From: Phenylobacterium sp.
Lineage (GTDB): Bacteria; Pseudomonadota; Alphaproteobacteria; Caulobacterales; Caulobacteraceae
DNA length: 64,000 bases
Direction of reading: 5' to 3'
Assembly: GCA_028290945.1 (NCBI GenBank)
Contig: JAQGIV010000084.1
Coordinates: forward strand, 11,908-75,907
In this document: piece after piece, positions 1 to 7,018 of the stretch
How positions within the stretch are numbered: the stretch's first letter is position 1
Layout: every line of letters begins with the position of its first letter
Notes under the pieces: generated by a model
What the model was told of the DNA's origin: nothing
Database searches by the model: none
Seen by the model: the letters and a program-made list of their open reading frames with translations, nothing else
Translations under genes and position numbers: made by a program

Positions 1-694
1 GCAGCGCCTGCAGCAGCCGGTGCACGTGCGCGGCGTCGGCCAGGTCCAGGCCGCGGATCACGTGGGTCACGCCCTGCAGGGCGTCGTCGATCACCGAGGC
101 CAGGTGGTAGGCGACGCGTACGTCTTTGCGGGCCAGCACCACGTCGCCGCCGACCTCGGGCCGCGCCTGGACCACGCCTTCGCCTTCGCCCTCGTCCTGA
201 ACCGTGAAGCTCAGGCGCTCGAAGCCGCCGAGCCGCGCCGCCGCGGCGTCCAGCGACAGCCGCCAGGCGTAGGGCGCGCCGGCCGCCAGCTTCTGCGCTT
301 CGTCTTCGGCCGGCAGGGGCGCGCCGCGGAAGGCGTCCATCGGTCCGTGCGGCGCGGCGGCGAACTCGCCCGCGCGCTCGCCGCGGGTGCGGAAGCAGCG
401 GTAGAGCGCGCCCATGGCCCGCAGCCTTTCCAGCGCGGCGTCATAGTCGGCCATGTGCTCCGACTGGCGGCGCACCGGGGTTTCCCAGGACAGGCCCAGC
501 CAGGCCAGGTCCTCGTGGATCGCGGCCTTATATTCCGGCCGGCAGCGGGTGGCGTCGATGTCCTCGATGCGCAGCAGGAAGCGGCCGCCGGAGTCCTTGG
601 CGGCGGCGTGGGCGGTGAGCGCGGAAAAGGCGTGGCCCCGGTGCAGCAAGCCGGTGGGCGAGGGCGCGAAGCGGGTGACGAATGGGGCTGCCAC
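1..694 (-). CDS. gluQ: tRNA glutamyl-Q(34) synthetase GluQRS (5' part; runs off window start)
   Basis: Manual translation from GTG at 694: AAPFVTRFAPSPTGLLHRGHAFSA...LLRIEDID...DVVLARKD...YHLASVIDDALQGVTHVIRGLDL. GluRS-like HIGH region. Not in the ORF track because truncated. Confidence 0.9.
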   Translation of the reverse strand, partial: MAAPFVTRFAPSPTGLLHRGHAFSALTAHAAAKDSGGRFLLRIEDIDATRCRPEYKAAIHEDLAWLGLSWETPVRRQSEHMADYDAALERLRAMGALYRCFRTRGERAGEFAAAPHGPMDAFRGAPLPAEDEAQKLAAGAPYAWRLSLDAAAARLGGFERLSFTVQDEGEGEGVVQARPEVGGDVVLARKDVRVAYHLASVIDDALQGVTHVIRGLDLADAAHVHRLLQAL

Positions 695-703
695 CCCGCC
701 GGT

Positions 704-1330
704 CTAGTCGTGACGGACGTGCAGGAACAGGCCGAGGTGCGCGAACACCGCCTGCAGGAAGGCGGTCTCGCCGCCCAGCTCCTCTTTCAGGTGGTCGAAC
801 TGCTTGAAGCCGGCCATCTCGGCCAGGCCGTGGGCGGCGCACCAGGCCGCGGTGGTGGCGAGCTCGAGGTCGATGGTGGCGGTGGGATCGGCGCCCAGCT
901 CGACCATGGTGTTGCGCACCTTGCAGTAGGCGCTGTCCTCGCTGTCCTGCATGTCCTCGGGCAGGGCTTCCTTGTCGCGGGCGGCGTCGTACATCACGCG
1001 GTAGAGGGCCGGGTTGTCGCGGGCGAAGCAGACGTAGGCGATGCCCAGGGCATTCAGCTTGTTGCGCGTCTCGGCCTGGGCCTTCGCCTTGGCCATGGCG
1101 GCGTCGAGCATCTGCCAGCCTTCGGAGGCGACGGCGTCCAGCAGCTCGGCCTTGTCCTTGAAGTGATGGTAGGGCGCGGCCGGACTGACGCCGGCTTCGC
1201 GGGCCACGGCGCGCAGCGAGAGCGCCGTCGGGCCCTCCGCTTCCAGGATCCGGCGGGCGGCGTCCACCAGGGCGCGGCGCAGGTCGCCGTGGTGATAGGG
1301 CCGAGCTTCAACGGCGTGAGATTCTCTCAT
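704..1330 (-). CDS. TetR/AcrR family regulator with WHG-type C-terminal domain
   Basis: YHHGDLRRALV...LSLRAVAREAGVSPAAPYHHF HTH; C-terminal AWCAAHG. Confidence 0.92.
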   Translation of the reverse strand: MRESHAVEARPYHHGDLRRALVDAARRILEAEGPTALSLRAVAREAGVSPAAPYHHFKDKAELLDAVASEGWQMLDAAMAKAKAQAETRNKLNALGIAYVCFARDNPALYRVMYDAARDKEALPEDMQDSEDSAYCKVRNTMVELGADPTATIDLELATTAAWCAAHGLAEMAGFKQFDHLKEELGGETAFLQAVFAHLGLFLHVRHD

Positions 1331-1350
1331 GGCCCTTCACCTTAATCGAT

Positions 1351-1414
1351 ATCTGGACGACGTAAAGATATCTTGACGCCGCTTAGATGGGTCCTATCTT
1401 AGCACTGTTCAAAT
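1351..1414. promoter_or_regulatory. Three 19-bp ATCT-N11-A(G/A)AT dyad operators overlapping divergent tetR / micro-ORF1 promoters
   Basis: ATCTGGACGACGTAAAGAT 1351-1369, ATCTTGACGCCGCTTAGAT 1370-1388, ATCTTAGCACTGTTCAAAT 1396-1414; TTGACG (1373) + 16 nt + TATCTT (1395). Confidence 0.75.
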
Positions 1415-1461
1415 AGCAAACGCCCTGGCTCCCCACAGGGTTCAATTCAAAGGTGTGTGTC

Positions 1462-1566
1462 ATGTCCCTCGCGATGTTCGAAAGCCTGTTCGACCGTCTC
1501 GCCCCGGCGCTGCTGTTGGTCCTGGGCCTGGCGTCGGCCGCCGCCGTGGCGGGCGTCGGCGCCTAA
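1462..1566 (+). CDS. Hydrophobic micro-protein paralogue 1 (34 aa, MSLAMFESLFDRLAPALLLVLGLASAAAVAGVGA)
   Basis: AAAGG RBS; frame-preserving paralogy with 1698-1802 and 2028-2129; GC3-rich codons. Confidence 0.8.
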   Translation: MSLAMFESLFDRLAPALLLVLGLASAAAVAGVGA

Positions 1567-1585
1567 GACACAGTCGCCGGCTGCG

Positions 1586-1637
1586 TGCTGCACTGCAGCA
1601 GCGGAAATCTTGACGGCGCTCAGATCGTACCTAAGTA
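1586..1637 (+). promoter_or_regulatory. Micro-ORF2 promoter: CTGC-N3-GCAG box plus ATCT-N11-AGAT operator
   Basis: CTGCACTGCAG 1588-1598; ATCTTGACGGCGCTCAGAT 1607-1625; TTGACG 1610 + 16 nt + TAAGTA 1632. Confidence 0.65.
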
Positions 1638-1697
1638 AGCGCCACCATAAGAAACCACCCTCCGCTCCCCCGGAGGTCCAACTCAAAGGTGTGTGTC

Positions 1698-1802
1698 ATG
1701 TCTCTTCGTAGTTTCGGTCGCCTGTTCGACCGCGCCGCTCCGGCGCTGCTGCTGTTCCTCGGCCTGGCGTCCGCCGCCGCCGTCGCGGGTGTCGGCGCCT
1801 GA
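1698..1802 (+). CDS. Hydrophobic micro-protein paralogue 2 (34 aa, MSLRSFGRLFDRAAPALLLFLGLASAAAVAGVGA)
   Basis: Identical TCAAAGGTGTGTGTCATGTC start context to paralogue 1; synonymous changes in the shared C-terminus; followed by a terminator. Confidence 0.8.
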   Translation: MSLRSFGRLFDRAAPALLLFLGLASAAAVAGVGA

Positions 1803-1828
1803 AGCACCTTCCGCAGGCGCGATGTGAG

Positions 1829-1854
1829 AAGGGCCCCTTCGCGGGGCCCTTTTT
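1829..1854 (+). terminator. Rho-independent terminator
   Basis: AAGGGCCCC-TTCGC-GGGGCCCTT followed by a T run. Confidence 0.85.
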
Positions 1855-1912
1855 CGTCGTTCGACCCGCCGGTCCGGCGAGCGCACGTCCCAGCTCATAC
1901 AGAAACGCATAG

Positions 1913-1976
1913 CTGCGGTGCAGCATTCGATATCTAGACACCGTTCAGATACATGCTATCTAAGCATCGTCCAGAT
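1913..1976 (+). promoter_or_regulatory. Micro-ORF3 promoter: CTGC-N3-GCAG box plus two ATCT-N11-AGAT operators
   Basis: CTGCGGTGCAG 1913-1923; ATCTAGACACCGTTCAGAT 1932-1950; ATCTAAGCATCGTCCAGAT 1958-1976 (26-bp offset, as for 1370/1396). Confidence 0.72.
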
Positions 1977-2027
1977 GGACATGCGGTTCGGGTCCCCGGG
2001 CCGCCAACACAAAAAAGGAATTCGACC

Positions 2028-2129
2028 ATGTCGCTCACCCTGAACCGCACCCTCGACGCCCTGGCTTCCTGGGTCGTCGTGATCCTCGGTCTGGCCCTCG
2101 CCGGCGCCACGCTCGCCGTCGGCGCCTAA
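2028..2129 (+). CDS. Hydrophobic micro-protein paralogue 3 (33 aa, MSLTLNRTLDALASWVVVILGLALAGATLAVGA)
   Basis: AAGGA RBS; shared MSL start, LGLA core and VGA-stop. Confidence 0.75.
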   Translation: MSLTLNRTLDALASWVVVILGLALAGATLAVGA

Positions 2130-2152
2130 GGACCCCATGCAAGCCTGCAAGA

Positions 2153-2185
2153 GGCCTCGCCCGCTGCTTTGACCCGGGCGAGGCC
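2153..2185 (+). terminator. GC-rich hairpin after micro-ORF3 (no clear U tract)
   Basis: GGCCTCGCCCG-N11-CGGGCGAGGCC. Confidence 0.45.
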
Positions 2186-2391
2186 CGTGGCTCCCAAATG
2201 AGCCCGGCAGATAGACGTTGCGAGACATGGAGCTGTCTCAGAATCACTCGTATAGTGGGCCTGCAGCGGGGATCGCCGCACGCGATCAGCCGCCGGCGCT
2301 TTCGCTGACGAGGGCTCGGTCTTCAGGTCAAAGTTTCAAATCATAGGCGTTTCGCCGCCTAATCCGGGGCCACGTAGCAGAGGGCCTGGCC

Positions 2392-2952
2392 ATGCAGGTG
2401 CTTAGTCACGCGCCGAATGGCTGGCCGGCGCTCGTGCTCAACGCCGACTTCCGGCCGCTGTCCTATTACCCGCTGTCGCTGTGGCCGTGGCAGGAGGTGA
2501 TCAAGGCGGTGTTCCTGGAGCGGGTCGACGTGGTCTCCAACTATGACCAGGTGGTCCATTCACCCTCCTTCGCGATGCGGTTGCCGAGCGTGGTCGCGCT
2601 CAAGCACTACGTCACCCAGGACCGGCCGCCGGCCTTCACGCGGTTCAACCTGTTCCTGCGGGACTCGTTCGCCTGCCAGTACTGCCACGCGACGGAGGAG
2701 CTGACCTTCGACCACGTGATCCCGCGCTCGCGCGGCGGGCGGACCACCTGGGAGAACATCGTCACCGCCTGCGCGCGCTGCAACCTGACCAAGGGCGGCC
2801 GCACGCCGCGCGAGGCCTCGATGCACCCGCGCCGCCATCCCCGCCGGCCCACCGCCTACGAGCTGCAGGAGCACGGCCGCCGCTTCCCGCCGCACCACCT
2901 GCACGAAAGCTGGCTCGACTACCTCTACTGGGACATCGAGCTGGAGGCTTAG
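2392..2952 (+). CDS. HNH endonuclease family protein
   Basis: RFNLFLRDSFACQYC...TFDHVIPRSRGGRTTWENIVTACARCN. Confidence 0.92.
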   Translation: MQVLSHAPNGWPALVLNADFRPLSYYPLSLWPWQEVIKAVFLERVDVVSNYDQVVHSPSFAMRLPSVVALKHYVTQDRPPAFTRFNLFLRDSFACQYCHATEELTFDHVIPRSRGGRTTWENIVTACARCNLTKGGRTPREASMHPRRHPRRPTAYELQEHGRRFPPHHLHESWLDYLYWDIELEA

Positions 2953-3590
2953 GCCGGCTCCGCCGCCGGCTGGGCGCGTTCAGCGATCTGGTGGGCCAGG
3001 CGGCCCTGGAATTCCTCGGTGGAATTGACCTTGGGCATCGGCCCCTCCGGGACCGCGACGCCCAGGAAGGCGCACAGCGGCGCCCAGCCCTGCGAGACCT
3101 CATAGACCAGCAGGCGCTGCGCCGGGATGACCTCGCGGACCCGCGCGTTGTGCGCCTGGTAGACCGAGATCAGCCTGTCCTTGTCGTGCATGCGGCGATC
3201 GAACAGGTCGGCGACGACCTTGCCCACCATGCGCATCCAGGGATCGGTGGCGTCCTCGGGGATATCGTTGGCGAAGATGGTCGCCTGGGTGGACTTGAAC
3301 CAGGCTTCCGGGTCGCGCTCGGTGAGGATCACCTTGGCGTCCGGATAGGCCTCGGCCAGTTCCTTGTAGAAGGTGGCGTTCGGCCAATCGACGGTCGAGG
3401 CGTAGCCGGCGAAGATCTTCTCCCAGTCGGGCCGTCCCTCGGCGGCGTCGATCCACCAGAGCGGCGCCTGCGGGTTCTTGAACACCTCGACCATGTGGTA
3501 GCAGGGCCCGAAGCCCAGATGGTCCAGCGCCAGCTTGAGGGACATGGTCCCCGTGCGGCCATAGCCGGCCCCGATCACCTTCAGCGTCAT
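2949..3590 (-). CDS. Sulfotransferase-family P-loop protein
   Basis: LKVIGAGYGRTGTMSLKLAL...CYHM...VDWP...GWAPLCAFL. Confidence 0.85.
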   Translation of the reverse strand: MTLKVIGAGYGRTGTMSLKLALDHLGFGPCYHMVEVFKNPQAPLWWIDAAEGRPDWEKIFAGYASTVDWPNATFYKELAEAYPDAKVILTERDPEAWFKSTQATIFANDIPEDATDPWMRMVGKVVADLFDRRMHDKDRLISVYQAHNARVREVIPAQRLLVYEVSQGWAPLCAFLGVAVPEGPMPKVNSTEEFQGRLAHQIAERAQPAAEPA

Positions 3591-3657
3591 GACGGCCCTC
3601 CCAGACCCGCGTTATCTACGCAGCAGCCTGCGCCCCCGGATGCGGACGCTCAAGTCC

Positions 3658-3936
3658 TCAGCGGAAGATGTGGATGCCGCCGGTGGGGCCGCCGGGCGCT
3701 TCGGCCAGGCCGCGGATCTCCAGCGGCACGCGGCGCGCGCCGCACCGGCAGCGCAGGCGCGGCTCCAGCTGGGCCAGCGGCTGGCGCTTCAGGCCCTGGC
3801 CGACCCAGGGCGCGGGGTCGATGACCGCCTCGCGGCCGCAGCCGCAGACCGCCCATAGGCTGGAGCGGGCGAGCAGGGCCTGGGCGAGCTTCAGCTCGCC
3901 AGGCTCGAGGGGGATGATCCGGTGCGCATCGGCCAT
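3658..3936 (-). CDS. Small Cys-motif (putative zinc-ribbon) hypothetical protein, 92 aa
   Basis: Start re-assigned to ATG 3936 (GGAG RBS just upstream); CGC...RLRCRCG motifs. Confidence 0.7.
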   Translation of the reverse strand: MADAHRIIPLEPGELKLAQALLARSSLWAVCGCGREAVIDPAPWVGQGLKRQPLAQLEPRLRCRCGARRVPLEIRGLAEAPGGPTGGIHIFR

Positions 3937-3953
3937 GTTCGACTCCGTTGTCG

Positions 3954-3968
3954 GAACAAAAGCAGAAC
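3954..3968 (-). promoter_or_regulatory. Alphaproteobacterial LexA (SOS) box
   Basis: GTTC-TGCTTTT-GTTC on the - strand, exact GTTC-N7-GTTC, 17 nt upstream of ATG 3936. Confidence 0.78.
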
Positions 3969-4088
3969 TTTCGGACATGCGCGACTCCCCGGGGGCTGTA
4001 ACTGCGCCGGCCGCAACCCTGGCGGCGATCGGACGTGGTCTGAGCTTGCCGCGATTCACCCGAGCCGAGGCGGGCGTACGGCCGCGAT

Positions 4089-4667
4089 CTACAGCTTTTC
4101 GCTGATCTTGATGGCGGCGCGGCAGCCGGTGCGGATCACGGCCGACAACAGGGCGTAGCCGGGCGCCTCGCGGGCGCCTTCCGCCACGGCCTGGTCGCGG
4201 TGCGCCAGCTCCTCGGCGCGGAAGCGGGAGAGCTCGGCGGCGAGCTGGGGCTCGCGGCCTTCCAGTTCGGCGATCTGGCCGGCGTAGTGCTGCTCGATCA
4301 CCGTCTCGACGGCCTCGGTGCAGGCGTGCGCCGCCTTCTCGCCCATCAGCGCGGTGCCGGCGCCCAGGGCGAAGCCGGCGAGGCGCCAGACCGGAGCCAG
4401 GGCCGTCGGCCGCACCTGGCGCTCGGTGAGCAGGCGGTCGAAGCGGGCCAGGTGCTCGGCCTCATGGGCCTCCATCTCGGCGAGCTGGCCGGCGATGCGC
4501 GTGTGGCCGGGCGCCTCGCCCAGCACGGCCCGCTGGCCACGATAGATGTGCACGGCCCCCAGCTCGCCGGCGTGGTCGACGCGCAGGATCTCGGCCAGGC
4601 GGGCGGCCAGCGCCCCGCGGCCGGGCCTTGGCGGAACAGGTTTGGGTGGGATCGGCTTTTCGGTCAC
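4089..4667 (-). CDS. coq7: Demethoxyubiquinone hydroxylase (Coq7, di-iron)
   Basis: ILRVDHAGELGAVHIYRGQ...EAEH...CTEAVETVIEQHY...EELAH; GTG start overlapping the dsbB stop. Confidence 0.92.
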   Translation of the reverse strand: MTEKPIPPKPVPPRPGRGALAARLAEILRVDHAGELGAVHIYRGQRAVLGEAPGHTRIAGQLAEMEAHEAEHLARFDRLLTERQVRPTALAPVWRLAGFALGAGTALMGEKAAHACTEAVETVIEQHYAGQIAELEGREPQLAAELSRFRAEELAHRDQAVAEGAREAPGYALLSAVIRTGCRAAIKISEKL

Positions 4668-5179
4668 GCTCTCGACCTTTCGCGCAGGGCGGCGGCGAAG
4701 CTGAGCACCGCCAGGCCCAACGAAGCCAGCGCATTCCAGCCCGCCATCGACAGGCCGGCGAACACCCAGGCCGCCTGGTCGCAGGCCGGCGGGCGGATCT
4801 TGGCGCCATTGATCAACGCCTGCATGGACGCCGCGCTGACCCCGCCCGCGCCGCCGGCGCTGGAGCAGGTGGAGGGGCCGGGCCAGAACTTCCACTCGGC
4901 GCCGGCGTGATAGACGGCGATCCCGCAGCCCGCCAGGAAGACGAGGCCCAGCGCCCAGCAGCTCAGCTGGCGCAGGCGCGCGCCGCCGGGCAGCCGGACC
5001 AGGATCATGAAGGCCAGCGCCAGGGCCCCGGCCACCCAATAGACCTCGCGCTGGCGCAGGCAGAGCGTGCAGGGCTGGTAGCCGCCGAAGGTCTGGAAGC
5101 CGTGCGCGATGGCCAGCATCAGGGCCGAGACGAGCAGGGCCGTAAGGCGCCAGCGGTCGAGGATCGGGGTCAGCGGCAT
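4664..5179 (-). CDS. dsbB: Disulfide bond formation protein B family (start could be 5215)
   Basis: PCTLCLRQR, YHAGAE..FWPGPSTC, C...W.FAGLSMAGWN; four TM segments. Confidence 0.85.
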   Translation of the reverse strand: MPLTPILDRWRLTALLVSALMLAIAHGFQTFGGYQPCTLCLRQREVYWVAGALALAFMILVRLPGGARLRQLSCWALGLVFLAGCGIAVYHAGAEWKFWPGPSTCSSAGGAGGVSAASMQALINGAKIRPPACDQAAWVFAGLSMAGWNALASLGLAVLSFAAALRERSRA

Positions 5180-5207
5180 CGGTCTGGATATGGGCGCAAA
5201 ATCGCGA

Positions 5208-5786
5208 TCAGCCAAAGACCTTGAGCGCGACGATGAGGGCGATGAGGGCGACCACGCCGATGGTGGCGTAGAGGGCGATCCGCCGCTCCACCTCCGCCCG
5301 GATGGCCGGGCCGAAGTACTTGAGCAGGGTCGCGGTGAGGAAGAAGCGCGCGCCGCGGGTGACGATCGAGGCCCAGACGAAGGTGAAGAGGTCGAAGCGC
5401 GCCAGGCCGGCGGTGATGGTCACCAGCTTGTAGGGGATCGGCGTCAGGCCCTTGATCAGGATGATCCACAGGCCGTAGCGGGCGAACCAGGCCTGGAACT
5501 CCTGCTGGCCCTGCGGATGGCCGAACAGCGCCAGGATCTGATGGGCGACCGGCCCCAGGAAGACGCCGATGGCGTAGCCCAGCAGGCCGCCGATCACCGA
5601 GGCGGCGGTGCAGATCGCGGCATAGACGAAGGCCTTCCGGGGCCTGGCCAGCACCATCGGCGCCAGCATCAGGTCCGGCGGCATGGGGAAGAAGGAGCTC
5701 TCCGCGAAGGCGACGATGGCCAGGGCGAGGGCGGCGTGGCGGGAGGCCGCGAGCCTCATGATCCAGTCGTAGGTTTTGCGCAGCAT
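5208..5786 (-). CDS. YqaA/DedA family membrane protein
   Basis: FAESSFFPMPPD...GLTPIPYKLVTITAG...RGARFF. Confidence 0.88.
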   Translation of the reverse strand: MLRKTYDWIMRLAASRHAALALAIVAFAESSFFPMPPDLMLAPMVLARPRKAFVYAAICTAASVIGGLLGYAIGVFLGPVAHQILALFGHPQGQQEFQAWFARYGLWIILIKGLTPIPYKLVTITAGLARFDLFTFVWASIVTRGARFFLTATLLKYFGPAIRAEVERRIALYATIGVVALIALIVALKVFG

Positions 5787-5901
5787 CGACGATCCGGCAG
5801 CCAGGTTGAGGCGTTGAGCTAACAGGGCGATGGGGCCTTGTCTCGGGGCTTTCGCAAACTAGTTTCAGATGATACTAACTCCGCCGAACGGGAGATCATC
5901 C

Positions 5902-7011
5902 ATGAACGTCCAGGCGAAACCCACCGACGGCGATCGCGGCCGCGATCTGTTCGAGAACCCGCTGGGCACCGACGGCTTCGAGTTCGTCGAGTTCACCTCG
6001 CCCGAGCCGGAGCGGCTGAAGGGCCTCTTCGAGCTGATGGGCTTCACGGCCACGGCCAGGCACCGCTCCAAGAACGTGCTGCGCTTCCAGCAGGGCGACA
6101 TCAACTTCATCCTCAACATGGAGCCCGTGGGCCAGCCGGCGGAGTTCCGCCAGGTGCACGGCCCCTCGGCCAACGCCATGGCCTTCCGGGTGAAGGACGC
6201 CGCCAAGGCCTTCAAGCTGGCGGTGGAGCGGGGCGCGACGCCAGTCGCCGGCCCGGTCGGGCCGATGGAGCTGAACATCCCGGCCATCGAGGGGATCGGC
6301 GGCTCGCACCTCTATCTGGTCGACCGCTACGGCGCGCAGGAGATCTACGACGTCGACTTCGTGGAAATCCCCGGCGCCAAGGCGGCGATGGCCGCGAACT
6401 CCAAGGGCCTGACCTACCTCGACCACCTGACCCACAACGTGCACCGCGGGCGGATGGCCTATTGGGCGGACTTCTACGAGCGCATCTTGAACTTCCGGGA
6501 AATCCGCTACTTCGACATCGAGGGTTCGCAGACCGGCCTGTTCTCCAAGGCCATGACCAGCCCCTGCGGCAAGATCCGCATCCCGCTGAACGAGAGCCAG
6601 GATGAGCACTCGCAGATCGAGGAGTTCCTGCGCGAGTACCACGGCGAGGGCATCCAGCACGTGGCGCTGGGCACCGACGACATCTTCGCCTCCGTCGAGA
6701 CCATGCGCGAGGCGGGCGTCAAGTTCCAGGACACCCCGGAGACCTATTACGAGCAGCTGGACGGCCGGGTCCCTGGCCACGGCGAGAGCCTGCAGCGGCT
6801 GCGGGCCGACCGCATCCTGCTGGACGGCGCACCCACCGAGGGCCAGGGCCTGCTGCTGCAGATCTTCACCGAGAACATGATCGGGCCGATCTTCTTCGAG
6901 ATGATCCAGCGCAAGGGCAACGAGGGCTTCGGCGAGGGCAACTTCAAGGCCCTGTTCGAATCCATCGAGCTCGACCAGATCCGCCGGGGCGTGCTGCCGG
7001 TCAAGGAGTAG
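5902..7011 (+). CDS. hppD: 4-hydroxyphenylpyruvate dioxygenase
   Basis: NPLGTDGFEFVEF, DHLTHNV, GIQHVAL, EMIQRKGNEGFGEGNFKALFESIE. Confidence 0.97.
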   Translation: MNVQAKPTDGDRGRDLFENPLGTDGFEFVEFTSPEPERLKGLFELMGFTATARHRSKNVLRFQQGDINFILNMEPVGQPAEFRQVHGPSANAMAFRVKDAAKAFKLAVERGATPVAGPVGPMELNIPAIEGIGGSHLYLVDRYGAQEIYDVDFVEIPGAKAAMAANSKGLTYLDHLTHNVHRGRMAYWADFYERILNFREIRYFDIEGSQTGLFSKAMTSPCGKIRIPLNESQDEHSQIEEFLREYHGEGIQHVALGTDDIFASVETMREAGVKFQDTPETYYEQLDGRVPGHGESLQRLRADRILLDGAPTEGQGLLLQIFTENMIGPIFFEMIQRKGNEGFGEGNFKALFESIELDQIRRGVLPVKE

Positions 7012-7018
7012 CCGTCTC

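Noticed and set aside
20-1345. 441-aa + strand ORF and the many other long antisense ORFs (e.g. 12476-14665, 20208-22595, 25296-28022, 38966-41638, 54024-56360)
   Set aside because: Shadow frames opposite well-supported genes, typical of high-GC DNA; no recognisable motifs
1440-2130. Repeated units as a CRISPR array, Flp pilins or RiPP precursors
   Set aside because: Repeats are ~105-nt coding paralogues, not constant repeat/spacer units; no G/xxxxEY prepilin motif; no modifying enzyme, peptidase or exporter adjacent
1447-2247. ORF-track 70-90 aa ORFs in the tetR-HNH gap
   Set aside because: Out-of-frame or antisense to the RBS-supported, mutually homologous 33-34 aa ORFs
2392-2952. HNH protein as a restriction, defence or homing element
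   Set aside because: Host-like codon usage, no methylase or intron context; looks like the common standalone chromosomal HNH family
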